The notes below the pieces were generated by a model. The model searched no databases and was not told the origin of the DNA. It worked only from the letters and a program-made list of their open reading frames with translations. This document shows positions 1-14,048 of a stretch of 64,000 nt of DNA, one piece after another. The stretch comes from Azolla caroliniana (Eukaryota > Plantae > Polypodiophyta). Location: positions 17,236,001 to 17,300,000 of the forward strand of contig JBHGNT010000005.1 of the NCBI GenBank assembly GCA_043228905.1, given 5' to 3'. The stretch's first letter is position 1; each line of letters opens with the position of its first letter. The position numbers and the translations under genes are program-made.

Positions 1-55
1 AGAACACTACTACAATAGCAGCTTTTAACTAGATCAAAAATCCTCAAATGCTTAC

Positions 56-3000
56 CATTTCCCTGAAGAGGCATTGCAAAACAATCCTGTGTTTCCATCA
101 TAATAGTAACCGACTGTGCTGTTGTAGTAGTACCTAAAATGTTTAAAAAATACTTCAGATAAAATTAAGCAATATTATCTAAACACATTTACGCATATTC
201 AGAAACACATGCCCAATGAGATACATCAGAATAAACAATAGAATGCACGAGAACATCTTAATCAACTCTTCCAACAACATTCACAAGGATTCTGAATGGC
301 TGTTCCATTCTTTTCAATGATGTTCACAAGGATTTCACTTTAACATGCAATTTATATTGCTAGTCAAAAATATATTGTTGAATACTATAAAGAGTTTGTG
401 GTCGAGAAATCATTTCCCCAATTCCAATTCTACGTTAACAAAATAGATCAACTGGTTAAACCCCTTTCAAAACAATATGGCTAATCAAATTTGTAATTAG
501 AAACATACATACCCACTTGCTTCATCATACACATAACCTGGGTCAGCTGGAATACCGACATCTGGATGGTGAAGAATTTTAGAAACTTAGTACACTCCAA
601 AAATGAGGATACTGTTAAGGTCCCATCTTTTGAGAGATACCTTCAGCTTGTTCGCTCCTTTTAGGAGCTAGATTGTCATCTTCAGAAAACATGTCTTCAG
701 ATGGTGCTGTTGTGTTTATTAATGATATCTTGTTATCGGTTGCTTCACTGTTCTTTTCTGCCTCACTGGAAATTTCCTCATCCCCAAACATATCAAAACT
801 AGTGCTAGCTCCTTCATGTAATCTCAATTTTGATTTCTCAAGGATCTCATATCCTTCTGTAACAAATTGAAGTTAATAGTCAGCAAGTATGAATAATGTA
901 GTTACCCTTCAACATTAAAAACAGAATTTATGATGAGTAAAGATATGGAATTTGCAATTATGGAAGCCACTACCATCAGAAAGCCTGTTGCAATTCTCCC
1001 CGATCTATACATGTTGGGATCAACCTTAAGACATCAATAATTATTATGTTTTTATTTAACACTGAACTTTTCTGCAAGCTGAAATTGAGGTTTTAAACAC
1101 CGATAATTAGATCTGTCCGTATAAGATTATGAGTATTGGTGATTTCACTTTGTTGCGCACTCTTGGAGGTTCAACAAAAGTCATCACGCCATGCCTCTTG
1201 GAAACTAGTTTTTGAGCAAGAAATTTAAGATTATTTGCACATTTCTATCAGTTTGTGCGCGGATAGAAGTTTCTAGAAAACCCTAAACCTTGTCAATTTT
1301 CAGCTAATGATAAAAAGATATACATGCAAGGTTGCTAACTTTGAGATCTATCAACCTCTCGTCATTTTACTTTTATGTTTCAAGGTAAAAGCCAGCTTGT
1401 GTTTCACATTCTGATTATCTTCTTGGGTGTTAAATATTATGAAAAGCCATGAGAATTAAATGGGAAGCCCTATGTATCATGATTTATCAACCCTCTAATC
1501 AAATAAGTTTCAGTACAAAAAGATCCCGCCAGACTTTTATGTTTCAAGGTAAAAGCCAGCTTGTGTTTCACATTCTGATTACCTTCTTGGGTGTTAAATA
1601 TTATGGAAAGCCATGAGAATTAAATGGGAAGCCCTATGTACAGCACGATATGATGATTGATGATTTATCAACCCTCTAACCAAATAAGTTTCAGTACGAA
1701 AAGATCCCACCAGACTTTTATGTTTCATGGTAAAAGCCAGCTTGTGTTTCACATTCTGATTATCATCTTGGGTGTTAAATATTATGAAAGCCATGAAAAT
1801 TAAATGGGACGCCCTATGTACAGCACGATATGATGATTGATGATTTAACAACCCTCTAACCAAATAAGTTTCAGTACGAAAAGATCCCACCAGATCCAAA
1901 TGTGGCAATGAGAGATGAAAGATGCAACAGGCTCCTAAATTGTTGGAATAGATAGAATATTGAAGTTGGGGAAGGATAGACGAGAGATGTTTTTCTAATG
2001 TCAAGGAGATGGTAAAACATTATCTGCTTTTCCACTAGAGATTTGAATAAACAATTTACCTGCCTCACGTTGAAATGTCTCCTTCGCCTCATCATAAACA
2101 TCTAAAAACATCAAAGCATAGAATAATCATACAACTTACAACTTTCCTTTCAAGTTTTCCATTTTAAAAATTCAATGAGGTCATTCAAGTAAACACTTAC
2201 TATATTCGCCATGATCTAGAAGATTCATAGCATCTTCTGTGAGCATATCAAAGGTTTCCTTTGTTTGAAGTGACATTTTTGCCTTTGAATGCTTGCCAGT
2301 TTCAGAAGAAGATGATTTCAATCTTCTCAGTGCCTTAAGCACCTAAATAATGAATAGAAAATCCACACATATTAGAATGCCTTAAGCATTCCTGACTTCT
2401 TTAAAATTATAAGCAGACAATGGGCTAAATGAAGCCACTCTATAATGCATGCAGTACAGTAACCACTTCCATCTAATCAGATGTTAATGCTGCCTTACAT
2501 TCTTTGACATCAGCAAAACATATGCATACATGCTTAAGCAATGGCACAAGAGGTCTATCCATGGACTAGATAGATTATATCACTATGATACAAACCACCA
2601 CATCTCTCCAGGTGCTGGGAAGGTATACATTAAGCCTTATGCCCCTTTCAAGTGCTAGTATCTAGAATAAATGCACTTACAAAATGCTAGACAAAGAGTG
2701 CACCGTTTCTCCAGGAAGAAGAACATCTGCAATCCTTCGCTTGATAACCGCTAGGTCCTTGGATGATAACGTTTGTTCTACCTCCTCTTTCGCATATTGT
2801 TTCATGTGCTTTGCAGCCAAAGTCGTATCCACCTGTACAGTATCTAGCCAAGCATCCTGATAAAATAGCACGACATGTTACTGACCAGAAAAAGACGTTT
2901 GATAATGACGGTGGTGGTCCTCAAATATACCTTTACATTATTATCATTTCTGTATTCTACATAGTTTCCATCTGCATCAAAATAGCCCTCCTCCCTCTCT

Positions 3001-5744
3001 TGCTTCAAATTGAAAGGTTCGATGGTTACTCCTTCACCCTCCTCTTCATAACTATCCTGTATCATACATTACACTTTAGACCCTCAGCACAAGCAACAAG
3101 TTGGGGTCTTTTATTGTACAAATAGCATAAATTCATAACTAACGAATATTTTAGAGGAAACTCCGAAACATCCCCGATTTTTGCTTCATTTTGCCAAATG
3201 CGTCAAGAAAAATGGAGGCTCAAGCAACACCACTATCTAGAGAGCTAGTAATGACCCTGTGAGGCTACAGCATCACACTGAGGCGATAAGACCAGGTGGT
3301 ATGGTACACACAGTCTTACATTTTGCTAAACATTTTCCTCAGAGGCAGCCCTCAACATGGGGGACTTTTGGATGGTAGCTATGGTCAGGAGGTTCATCGC
3401 GGACAGAAACAAGGAATCTATTGATTGGCCACAACCTTTGATATGAAAAAACACATTGTATGGGCCTAAATTTCAAACTTTAGATTCTATGAATCAGATT
3501 TAATGAGAAAATTTAGATTCTGACAAGGCGGTATGATTAAGGCAAGACGGCACAGCATAGCCAATGAAATTGTTGAGGGCCAAGGACCACGAGACTAGTG
3601 GTGCCAAGAGAACAGATCCTTGAATTGGCATGTAACCAGTTCATTAGCTTCAGGTGTTTATACGCGTGAAGATGTGTGCCTACAATAATAAAGCTGTGTG
3701 TTACAAATTTACTTCAGGTTAGGCCTTAGATAAAGTCACTTAAAATTTATCGTCACTAAATAATTGACTGGGCAAAGATAAATTCTGATTAGGTGACACT
3801 TGGCGACATAGGTAAGATTTGCTCATTCAAACACACCTCTTTTGATGTGGAACTTGAAAATTGGTCTAATGAAGAGTAATTTCTAGAGTGACAAAATTTG
3901 TGGGCCTCATGGATGATATGCAGGCTTTAGTTGTTTGAATTGGCCTAAATAATTGGCTGTGTTTTAGGAATTGTGCTCTGCTTTATCATATCCTCTTCTA
4001 TTAATCATCAACAAAGATACACCTTGAGGGTTCTAATCTTTCGGGCAAACAGGTGTCAACTTCCATGTTCAAGAGCAATCTTACTTTATCGATGTGAAAT
4101 TAAGTCCTTGTGAGTGCAAATATTACAGAGGAGATTTTTGTTTATAAGCTTTCTTCTAAGATGATTTGTTTTAGCTAAATTGGCAGTTAGAGTGGTGTTT
4201 TCCCACCCTCTTGATGTCAAATGAACCCATTACTGTAGGCTATAAATTCTTTGTCAATGATACCATCATATTTGAAAAGCTTAAATCTCCAACATGAAAT
4301 TATTACATTTGCACCAATGCACTACTTATAAAGATTGACCTCTTTGCAAGGAATTCCATTACACGCTTGAGAAACTTCATATGATAGGCCTTTAATTTCT
4401 AAATCATGTGATAGCACTGATTAAAGATTAACCTCTAACTTTGAGGTGATCTTAAAGCACTATTTGTAAGGATTTATCTACTTTTAAGAAAGGGAATTCA
4501 ATTTAATTTCTAAATCATGTGATAGCACTGATTAAAGATTAACCTCTAACTTTGAGGTGATCTTAAAGCACTATTTGTAAGGATTTATCTACTTTTAAGA
4601 AAGGGAATTCAATTTAGGCTACACATTCAAAACTAAAATTCTTCACACAATCAGGTTTTCTTTGTATTATATTTGGTCATTTGGAACAGGTTTTTCCTCA
4701 AGTCAAAACTTTGTTATTGTTAGGTTACTACATTATAAACCTAATTTTCTCACAGCCTGAATTAATGTAAAATAAGTCACACAAAATCATCCTTGTACAT
4801 GGAGGAAACATATTTTGAAAGAATGGTTCTACTTTGTTTTCAGAACACTGGTCTAGACTCTCCAGATACTCTCCTTCAGGACCATAAACAATGGAATTAA
4901 GAGGTGTATTTGCAACATTAAACTTGAGGTTTTTTCGAGCTGAGAACTAGACTTTACTTCACACAATTATTTACTAAAAAGTATATAGCTATTTTAAAGA
5001 CTGCTGTTGTGAAACATCTCAAATTTTAGAGATTCTTTAAATATTGCAAGTTCAAATCACAATAAATTCGTGTTGATTTTGAAGAATGCAAATGCAAATT
5101 GCATGAAACTTGAGGCTTTCAAATACTACTAGTGCAAATTTTACTTGTGTTTTCTTTTATGATATTATAAGTACAAAATTACACAAAACTCAAAACCATT
5201 GCATTTGTCTTGAAAATTAAACTAAGATAGAGTCTCTTTTTTATCGTTACTGAACTTTCTTTTTAGCACAATCAATACTGACGTTTTATAAATCCAAATA
5301 ATTCCACAAAAAATTGGGATTTTTTCTCTGTTTTCAGACACTGGCGAGAAAGACGATTACGTACCTGATACTCTTCTTCAGCATCATAAACATCAGCAGG
5401 GATAGAGACTTCTTCCACATCGCTAAAAGTAACAGTTCTTCTCCCAGCTCTTTCTTTCGCCGCAACCCGTGGGTCCGTCGATGGGATCGCTGAGATCTCT
5501 CCCTCAAACTCAAGACCTCGCTCTATCTTTTGGAACTCCTTCTTCCCTTTGGGGAAACGGGGCTTCTTTTCTCTGAGGAGAGATAAGGTTTCAAGGAGAA
5601 AGGAGAGTGAAGGGAGGGAGGGATTAAGAGAGTTAAACAGAGAGCAGAGCCGAATAAATACCTGGATCTTGGTTCATCTGGTTCGGGCTCGTCGTAGGAG
5701 AAGCGAATTCGCTTGCGTTGAGGAGGAAAGGGTGGGGCCTCCAT
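56..5744 (-). CDS. CD2BP2/LIN1 (U5-52K)-like splicing factor with C-terminal OCRE-like tyrosine-rich domain; 3' end lies beyond the window start
   Basis: Exons assembled in phase with GT-AG borders: 5744-5662, 5572-5365, 3056-2931, 2856-2704, 2342-2201, 2101-2060, 856-641, 561-513, 133-56. Motifs: KPRFPKGKK; IEPFNLKQEREEGYFDADGNYV..DAWLD; LLPGETVLKALRRL; GYVYDEASGYYYNSTVGYYYD (OCRE-like). Confidence 0.88.
1369..1892. repeat. Intronic tandem triplication, unit about 165-180 bp
   Basis: Unit starting ACTTTTATGTTTCA(A/T)GGTAAAAGCCAGCTTG recurs at about 1369, 1533 and 1714. Confidence 0.9.
4391..4616. repeat. Near-perfect intronic tandem duplication, about 111 bp
   Basis: TTTAATTTCTAAATCATGTGATAGCAC...GGGAATTCAA occurs at 4391 and 4502. 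Confidence 0.9.
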
Positions 5745-5757
5745 GGATTGGGATAGC

Positions 5758-5817
5758 GATGGCGATGGCGATGGCGATGGCGATGGCGATGGCGATGGCG
5801 ATGGCGATGGCGATGGC
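5758..5817. repeat. (GATGGC)10 hexamer repeat just upstream of the CD2BP2-like ATG
   Basis: Directly visible; reads (GCCATC)n on the mRNA strand. Confidence 0.95.
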
Positions 5818-8358
5818 GAGCTTTTCTGTGTGTGTTACAGAAACCCTAGGGAGGGAGCGCAATAAACAAATTACAAAGTTTGGGTTAAGTAAGTAACTGT
5901 AGGCCAAATTTTTTATATATACATATGTACATACATTATACATACATACATATATATATATATAGTTGGAAGAAAGAACTTCGATTTTATTTGATTTCAC
6001 TTCATCCAATTGGATTCCATATTTATTCAATTATATATGTCTCAATCTACTTCTTTTAAAACTTGTGGAATATGTAAGTAGTCATATCATACATGGCAGT
6101 AGCTTCTACATACTATATAAATCTTAGCTAAGTTCCAAGAATCTCTTTGCAGTTATACAACCTAAAACCATGTTATACATGCAATCTAAGATGTGACAAG
6201 TACACTTGATGTTGTTCGACCTCAAAACCCATTGTCTAGCTTATGATGTGATGTCGAAACAAGGGATTATTTGTAAAGAACTAGAGAATATAGTTCTATG
6301 CGACTGAAATATGACATTGTAAATCAATTTGCGGGTTTATAACAAAGCCCACGTGCATTATCTTCATCCTCGAGAAGGATTCCCGTGATTCACCTATCCC
6401 TCATATTGACCACCTTGAGAAACATGACCCTTTTTAGTGTAAGGAGAGCTTGGTTGAACATCGAAAGTTTGACCAAATCATTGCTCAAACATTCCTAGGA
6501 GTGAGTGTCACACTCCCATCTTCCTTCCCTCCAAGTTGCTCAAGACAATGAAATCATGTAAACTCACTCGAGTAGTATCGTCAAGGATAAGTTGCTTGAA
6601 ATTTTCTCTCTCATATTCCACCTAGCATTGTGTAACAAGACCTTCAACTCTTTGATTGACTTTGAATGATTGCTAACACCGCATGGTCCAAGCATGCAAC
6701 CTTGCTTGCTTGTTTGCTCCCCATATTACACTTTGTTGCATCTCCTTGCTATAGACATTGAGGAACTTAGTGACATTCCCTCCTTAATATCACTAGTTGT
6801 CTCAATGATTTTATTAGTGACCTTCTCCACACTACCTTGGTTATCTTGTTGGTGTATCATCTCGTTCTACAACCACATAATGTGCAATATTTTCGCTTGT
6901 TGAGCCATCGCTCCTTGCCACCTATTCACATTGAGTTTGTTGAATGGTGTCATGACAATTGTAGAACATGCATGCATTGGACAAAACCATCGAGGTTTTG
7001 AAAGAAGAGCATATAAGAGTTCAATGAAGAATCATGACACATGTAGACAACAAACACTCGCACAATAAACATTATATGGTTTTAGAATATGAATAGATTA
7101 AGAACAATCCAATTTAACTTAGATAGAACCCCCTATTCAAGTGAACAATAAGTTATTATTTATATTCATGATTTAGAATTCATAGGTTAAAGCTTATAAA
7201 GAGGTCTAGGATGACGAGGAGAGAGATTAATAAAATAGATTAGGAAACAACTTAAATAATCCTACTATGGCCCATGTGCTCTTTTTGAACCCCCATATGG
7301 TTAATTTCCAACGATATCAAGTCACTTTGGAGTTCCATTGATTCTTACTAATCCCTTTGGGTTAGGCCCTTTAATAATTTTTTATCAACTTCCCAAGACA
7401 CCTAGGTCCAACGTACAACTAGAAGACACTATAGGTTGACCCATGCCCACTTATTCCTTCCTTTCTCAAATATTTATTGAAGGATACTTGTTGACATGGA
7501 CTACTCAATTGAAACATTGGCATGGATGTGTAGTAGTCAACTTTTTTTCCCTTTCCCAGAAAAACATTATTCGCGTTTTAACATAACAAGAAACCGTTTG
7601 TGCAACTACTATTCGCCCCATGTGCCAAAAGTGGCACGTCATGTCTAGCTAGTATCATGGGCACAATCAGCCAAGTCATTGTCACTAGAAGAGTATCTAC
7701 TATCATCACCCTCAAACTAGGCTCCTATGGTATCAAACCAATCAGGTTCTTTTGGGAGTTTCATAAATGACCATTCTGCTTTGCGGTGACATCACTATGG
7801 ATTGTACATATACCTTACATATAGTAGTTTTACTTTCATCATCCTAGATAGAAAGTACCAAGGCTTGGGATTCAAACTTTAACCTTATGGTCTATTCAAT
7901 TGTGAGCTCAATATATTAGGCTAAAATGTGATTCTAGGCCTTTATTCTCAATGATCGAGTGTTAAACCATTTGACACAATTGTGTTAAATGCAATTAGAC
8001 CTTGAGTATGATGAGCTATTGTAATTGTGTTAAGTTAATTAATAGTCTAACCTACTTAACATACAATGGGACTTTACATTGCCAATTCATCACAACAACA
8101 ATCAAATAGGCAAACACTCTTGAGCATGCTTACAAAGTGATTGACCTCAAGTAGCCAAATGCTTTCCTAACCTCACTCTTGCACTTGAGTTGTGAAAATT
8201 ACATTAACGAAAGAGAGCTCACGATGAAAATGTATGAAGGTACAGGATATGAATGCCTACATTAAAAGTACATATGAAGCCTTAACAGAGTGAATTAAAG
8301 ACGAAGAGAAAGCTATACTAGGACTAAAACCAAGGCAAAAGTGGAAGAGGAGGAAGCC

Positions 8359-8816
8359 TGTTAGAGATTATTTCTAACGTGAGCATGGAACAAGGAAATA
8401 AATTATATACATTAAAGAAAAGAGATGTCAGAAAGAAGGGTGTCAATCCACCTAACCACCCTCAAGCAAAGGGACCGAGATGGACTCGAGCCTTGATCTG
8501 CATCCCATACCACCAACATGGCATTGAGTCGTACTTTGTATTAGTGCACTCACTACAAGAGTCTGTTCACCACAAGATCATAGTCTCGACGTAGTCGAAT
8601 AATGTGACCAATGAGGGTAGCTAGGCCTCATATTTATAGCCAGACATAAGGCCCACATGGAAGTTCACACTTGGCCCTTATGGGTTGTCTCAATTCCTAG
8701 GATTAAAAGTAATCGTCCATTCTTTACACTCTCGATTAACCCTCACACTTCATCCTCATGCGTAGAATACTACAATACAACTTACCACGTTATAATTTAT
8801 GGTCATGCCCATAACA
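8359..8816 (-). mobile_element. Solo LTR, family A (Copia-type)
   Basis: Termini TGTTAGAG...CATAACA. Homologous to 13601, 28009, 31765 and 49510. TSD is eroded (AAGCC / AAATC). Confidence 0.8.
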
Positions 8817-9227
8817 AAATCACTTCCTCGTTAGATATGAGGACCAACGATGAGGCCAAAAGTGAGGAGGAGATGGACGTCATCTTGGGGCTAGAAAAAT
8901 CGGGTGAAGGGACGATGTATGAGGACGAGCGAGTGCTTATGAATATTAACAAGGTAGAGGAAAAAGGGGAGTCATCGGCCATGGATAACAAGGTGTTTGA
9001 GAAGGATGAAGGGTATGAGTCCCACATGTTAGAAGAGGCGGTAACTGAAAGCAATAGAGGGGAGTGAGGGAGTTAGGGTTTCCTCTCCACTAACACTCGA
9101 GACTTGGGCCGTGCTGAGCGGGGAGATATCATTTAACTGTGTCCATCATATCCTTGGAACCTAGATACAATGATACAAAGATAATTTCAGGTGGGTCAAT
9201 CAAGTCATTATTGCTCTCTATCTCTCT

Positions 9228-9983
9228 CCATTGAGATCATGGCCATGGAAAGGGTTGTTGAATACATGCTTAAGGTTCAAAAAAGCCCCTCACATCGACT
9301 TCCTAGAATTGCATGGGAAGCAAGCAAAAAGATCCAAAAGACGCATAAAAGCAAATTTTTGTGTTCCAGTTGGATGCAAGATTTAGAAAAATGGTTTGGT
9401 AGATGGGATGCAAGACACTTGCTTCATGATGCGTCACTAGATTCCTCTGTAAATGAGGCCTTTTTGCAACGCCAATGTATCATGACATGGGACAAATGTG
9501 GTGGCTCACACTTCACACATTATACTACAAATGTTGCACCTAACTACAAAACCATATTCTTCGTGGAACGGGGAAGTCATACACATCAATACATGTTAGA
9601 GCCCATCTCGATATCTGCCATTCGAACCATTGCTTCCATGCGACTTAGCTCGCACGCATTGAGATGTGAGATGGGGCCTTGGGGCACAAGTGATGAGAGT
9701 GGCTAACTATGCACACTTTGCCCTAAACAAGTTCAAGAGTCTGAGCATCACACTTTGATACAATGCTCTACCTTTGATCATATTCGACCATGCTTTCCAC
9801 ATCTCTTTGATCAAGCCCAATCCTTGCACAAATTTCTCTCACAACCACGATGTGCACTCTCGATTGCAGCATTCATTGGTAAAGTTCTTGAACATTGAGA
9901 GTCGCTACTCACCTTCACACGTATCATGTGAAATGTAATATTTTTGGTCTCATAGGTCATATTTGACCTCCGAAGACGATAAT

Positions 9984-10023
<40 letters not shown>
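9228..10023 (+). mobile_element. 5'-truncated non-LTR retrotransposon (LINE) 3' end with (CT)n tail
   Basis: ORF2 C-terminus RLSSHALRCEMG..LCTLC..ESEHHTLIQC (CCHC finger) with an internal stop. Ends in AATATAAT(CT)n and starts next to a CT-rich tract. Confidence 0.72.
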
Positions 10024-10026
<3 letters not shown>

Positions 10027-10299
10027 TAACTAAGACAACACATGCTTGGCTCGGCCCAATGGTGGAGAACTCTTTCTCCACTCTGTGTGAGGGGATTAGT
10101 TTGCGTCCCTCATCTAGTTGAAGCCATCTTTCGGTGACAACATTGAGCCTCGGTGAACAAGTTCCGAAAGTTTACAACAAGGTTCATAGGTATGTCATCG
10201 GGATGGATATCATCAGTCTCTTGGCATTGGTCAATAATATGAGGGGCATTCTGGGAAATTAAATAGGGGGCATGTGGGCAAATAAAGGAAAAACCTAAG

Positions 10300-10339
<40 letters not shown>

Positions 10340-10744
10340 AGGCTAAATCTGTGGACAAATCAATGAATTGAGGCTAAATTTGAGGCCTGAGATGGCAGGC
10401 AGTAAACAAACACTTCGGTGAAATACTCCATTCATTTTATATAAAGAGAAGCAGAAATTACTGCAACCAGGAGGCATTGAGCTATACTGTCCCTAATATT
10501 CCCGCACCAATTGTGTGCTAATCTGCAGTGGTTTAGAGGCTAGTCCCCACCGTGATTAGTCCGCTAACAAGCTGTGGTTAGTCACTAATATCCGGTCATT
10601 ATTGGCGATTAGCAGCAGAGCCTCGGAATGCTGGTTTAAACAGACTGTTAGACAATCTTGATATATATCGCGGCAATCCATAATCGAATCGGGGGGAGGG
10701 CCATCTAGGTTTTCCATCTGCGCTGCCCGAATCTGCGCCCCACG

Positions 10745-12764
10745 ATGATGATGGCGAGACGCTCTGTTGCTGCCATTGCTGTCTCGATTACGTGCTTTGC
10801 ATTGTTGATGGGATTAAGCATAGGTAGCAGTAGTAATCGGAAGATGCCGGAGGCAATCATCATCTTCGGGGATTCGACTGTGGATGTGGGGAACAACAAC
10901 TTCTTGACTACAGTGATTAAGGCCGATTTTCGCCCGTATGGCATCAATTTCGATTCGAAGAAGCCGACCGGTAGATTTAGTGATGGCCGGGTTGTACCTG
11001 ATTTCATTGGTACATACCAAAATATCAATCAATCATCATCCAAGCTTAATATGTCTTTTTTCTTCCAATGCTTAATGCTTAACCAATCAATCACTTATTT
11101 GTTCTCTTCTCTTTGTAGCCTCAAGGTTGGGGTTCCCGTTGCCGTTGCCCTACTTGCACCCCGAGGCGCGGGGTGAGAAAATCACAAAAGGAATCAATTT
11201 TGCATCCTCGGCATCAGGATTCTTCGACAGCACCGCATCTCACTTTGTAATTACTATGAAATCTCTTCTCACATTCCCTCACACTTGAATCTATCTATCT
11301 GTCTACCTATGTCGTATATGTATATATATACATATATATTGTTTGTGATGATGGCATTCATGGTAATCACAATGAAGGACTATGCCTCAAAAGAGTCGGA
11401 GGGTGGGCTTATATTGCAAAGGGGCACTTTGGGCGATCTAGATTCTAAACTTGACTAACCCATGCACATTATGGGGTTTAATGTTATGTGCATGATCAAT
11501 GCTTATGAGTTTTTTTGCATAGTCGGCCCTTGGATTGTTTTTTACAATGCAAATTCTAGCTATTTAGGACACTCAAATCTAAACTTTAGTATACATCACA
11601 TGCATATATTAAGGTCTAGGTTTGATCATGTGTCAAGGGTCACCAACATTTTGAATCTTATTCGAAATAACTTGAGGGTATATTTCGGGTGCGCGATTTG
11701 TGCAGAATGTTGTCCCTATTTCAAGACAAATGCAATGGTTTCGACAATATAAAGTTCAACTTGAAGGCACTATTGGGAAGCAAAAGGCGAGACATATCCT
11801 CGAGAATGCTCTTTACGTCGTTAGTTCTGGATCTAATGATTTTGTCAACAATTTCTACATCAATCCAAACTTGCAAATGCACTATAATGTAACCCAATAC
11901 ATGAATGTCATCTCGACACACATTGCATCATTTTTGCAAGTAAGTATTTATTCAAGCAATATATGTCAAAGTACCATTCACTTCATTTGCTCCATGTTTT
12001 CTTAATATACCTCTCTTAAGCAAACATAATAACAACTAACTTTATAGAGATTTTTATGTACCCAGTGCCCACTTTAACCACTTTAACGTAGAAAATAATA
12101 ATTAGGTTATGGCTTTTAATATATTAGCCAAGTATGTGACTCATGTATTCATAAGTTTGATATTTGAAGGTATGTTATTTATTGAGTGGTCTTTGTGATT
12201 GGTAGGATCTTTATAATGAAGGTGCAAGGAAGGTGGCGGTTGTGTCATATCCACCTCTTGGGTGTTTGCCTTCACAAATCACATTGCATGGGATTCTCCA
12301 AAAGCAAGAAGGATGTATCACATTTATGAATGAGGTTGCTAGCCAAATGAATGTGAGACTCAAACTTATTCTAGGAACATTGGAAAGAATACTTCCCAAC
12401 GCAACTTTTGCTTATCTCAATAGCTATGATTTGCTTTTGGATGCTGTGCAAAACCCTACAAAATTTGGTAAGACGACTAATTTAGTAATGATTTTGTCAA
12501 AAGTAATGATTTGTACAAGGTTTAAGGTTCTTTTAACATGTATACCATGTGTGTTTGTGATTAGGTTTCAAGAAAACTTGGAAAGGTTGTTGTGGCACTG
12601 GGACATACGAGGTTGCTATTGGGTGCAATGAGTTGACTCCGTTTACGTGCTCCAATGCTTCGACACATATATTTTGGGATAGTTTTCATCCTACTCAAGC
12701 CATGAACAAACTCTTAGCTGATTCTGTTTTTGACCAAGGTATTACCGAATTGTTTGGCAAATAG
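10745..12764 (+). CDS. GDSL esterase/lipase (5 exons, N-terminal signal peptide)
   Basis: Exons 10745-11009, 11119-11246, 11706-11939, 12206-12467, 12565-12764, all in phase. Motifs [48 protein letters not shown]. Confidence 0.95.
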
Positions 12765-13600
12765 CCTTAAAACCTACCAAGGTTCTTAGAATAGTCACCA
12801 ACTTATATACAACTCAAGCAACAATGGTGAATCGTCAAATTTTAACAAAGACTCTAAAGTGGCGACGATGGTCATTGTTAGACCTTTGAAAGTTTGTATA
12901 TGCTTGAGATCGACCAAGTATATTATTGCATTATTGATAAGTCAATGGGCCATTGAGATATCCAACTTTGCATTATTTTAACACTATTTATCACAGTGGT
13001 ATGACACTTTGAAGTGTCTATTTGTTGTTTTACAATGAATATGGTTAGAGCACATGTAAAAGGTTACATGAGTTTGTTTTACAATATTTGCAATTAATTG
13101 ATTCATAATTATTTGGTAATAAAAGTTCTAAATTTGCATCTCTATTTATTTCATTGCAATAAAATTTCATTGTAACGCCTTGGTTTTACTCATTCCATCT
13201 TGATGGCATTCATGTTGTAATTGATCACCCTGTTTTCAAGTCAAAATGTAGAACTACTTGGGATGAAATGTGTTTATAAAAATCAAAACATGAACTCAAT
13301 TGTACATGAAAATGAGCCAATACATTGAGATGTGTAAATGTGCAGGGATTAATACAATGAACTCTACTCAAGTGTGTTTAATTGTGCATATGTATAAAGT
13401 GACGTGTTTGTATGTATGTAGGTTATGAGTAAAAGCAAAATTGTTGACATGTTACTCCTTTTTCGTCTCCTTTCTTTCTCTACTCATATTAGAAAAGGGT
13501 GGACACTCAATTCATGGAAATTTCCACAAAGAGCTTTTACTTAAAGGGTTTTCCCCTTTGTGGAATAAGATTCCACAAAGGTGAACCCTCATGGGATTAT

Positions 13601-14048
13601 TGTTAGAGATTATTTCTAATGTAAGCATAAGACAAGGAAATAAATGATAGATCGTAAAGAGAAAGAGAGAGAAAGAAGGGTCTCAATTCACCCGACAACC
13701 CCCGAGCAAAGGGATCGAGATGAACCCGAGCCTTGAACGACGTCCCATACCACCATCATAGCATTGAGTTGTACATGGTATTCGCATGCTCACTACAAGA
13801 GTCTGCTCACCACAAGGTCACCATCTCGACATGTGTCTCTAATGAACATAGGTAAGCCTCGTATTTATAGCTAATAATAAGCCCCCTTGGAAAATTCGCA
13901 CTTGGTCCTTGTGGGTTGTCTCAATCTCTAGGATTAAAAGTAATCCTCATTTCTTTACACTCTCAATTAACCCTCACACTTTTATCCTGATGTGTAGAAT
14001 ACTAAGGTACAAACTACCACGAGATAAATTATGGTCATGTGTGTAACA
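13601..14048 (-). mobile_element. Solo LTR, family A, with perfect TSD
   Basis: TGTTAGAG...GTAACA flanked by ATTAT at 13596-13600 and 14049-14053. Confidence 0.92.

Noticed and set aside
1594-2004. 136-aa ORF with internal repeat
   Set aside because: It is a read-through of the intronic tandem triplication.
5549-6030. ORFs with (MA)n or (AI)n runs
   Set aside because: They come from the GATGGC repeat and overlap the real spliced gene and its upstream region.
6300-7750. Possible ancient Copia remnants (also about 14100-15450 and 3300-4400)
   Set aside because: Only faint, stop-ridden similarity; cannot be supported without a profile search.
8820-9067. Acidic ORF 8657-9067
   Set aside because: It starts inside a solo LTR and has no domain or splice support.
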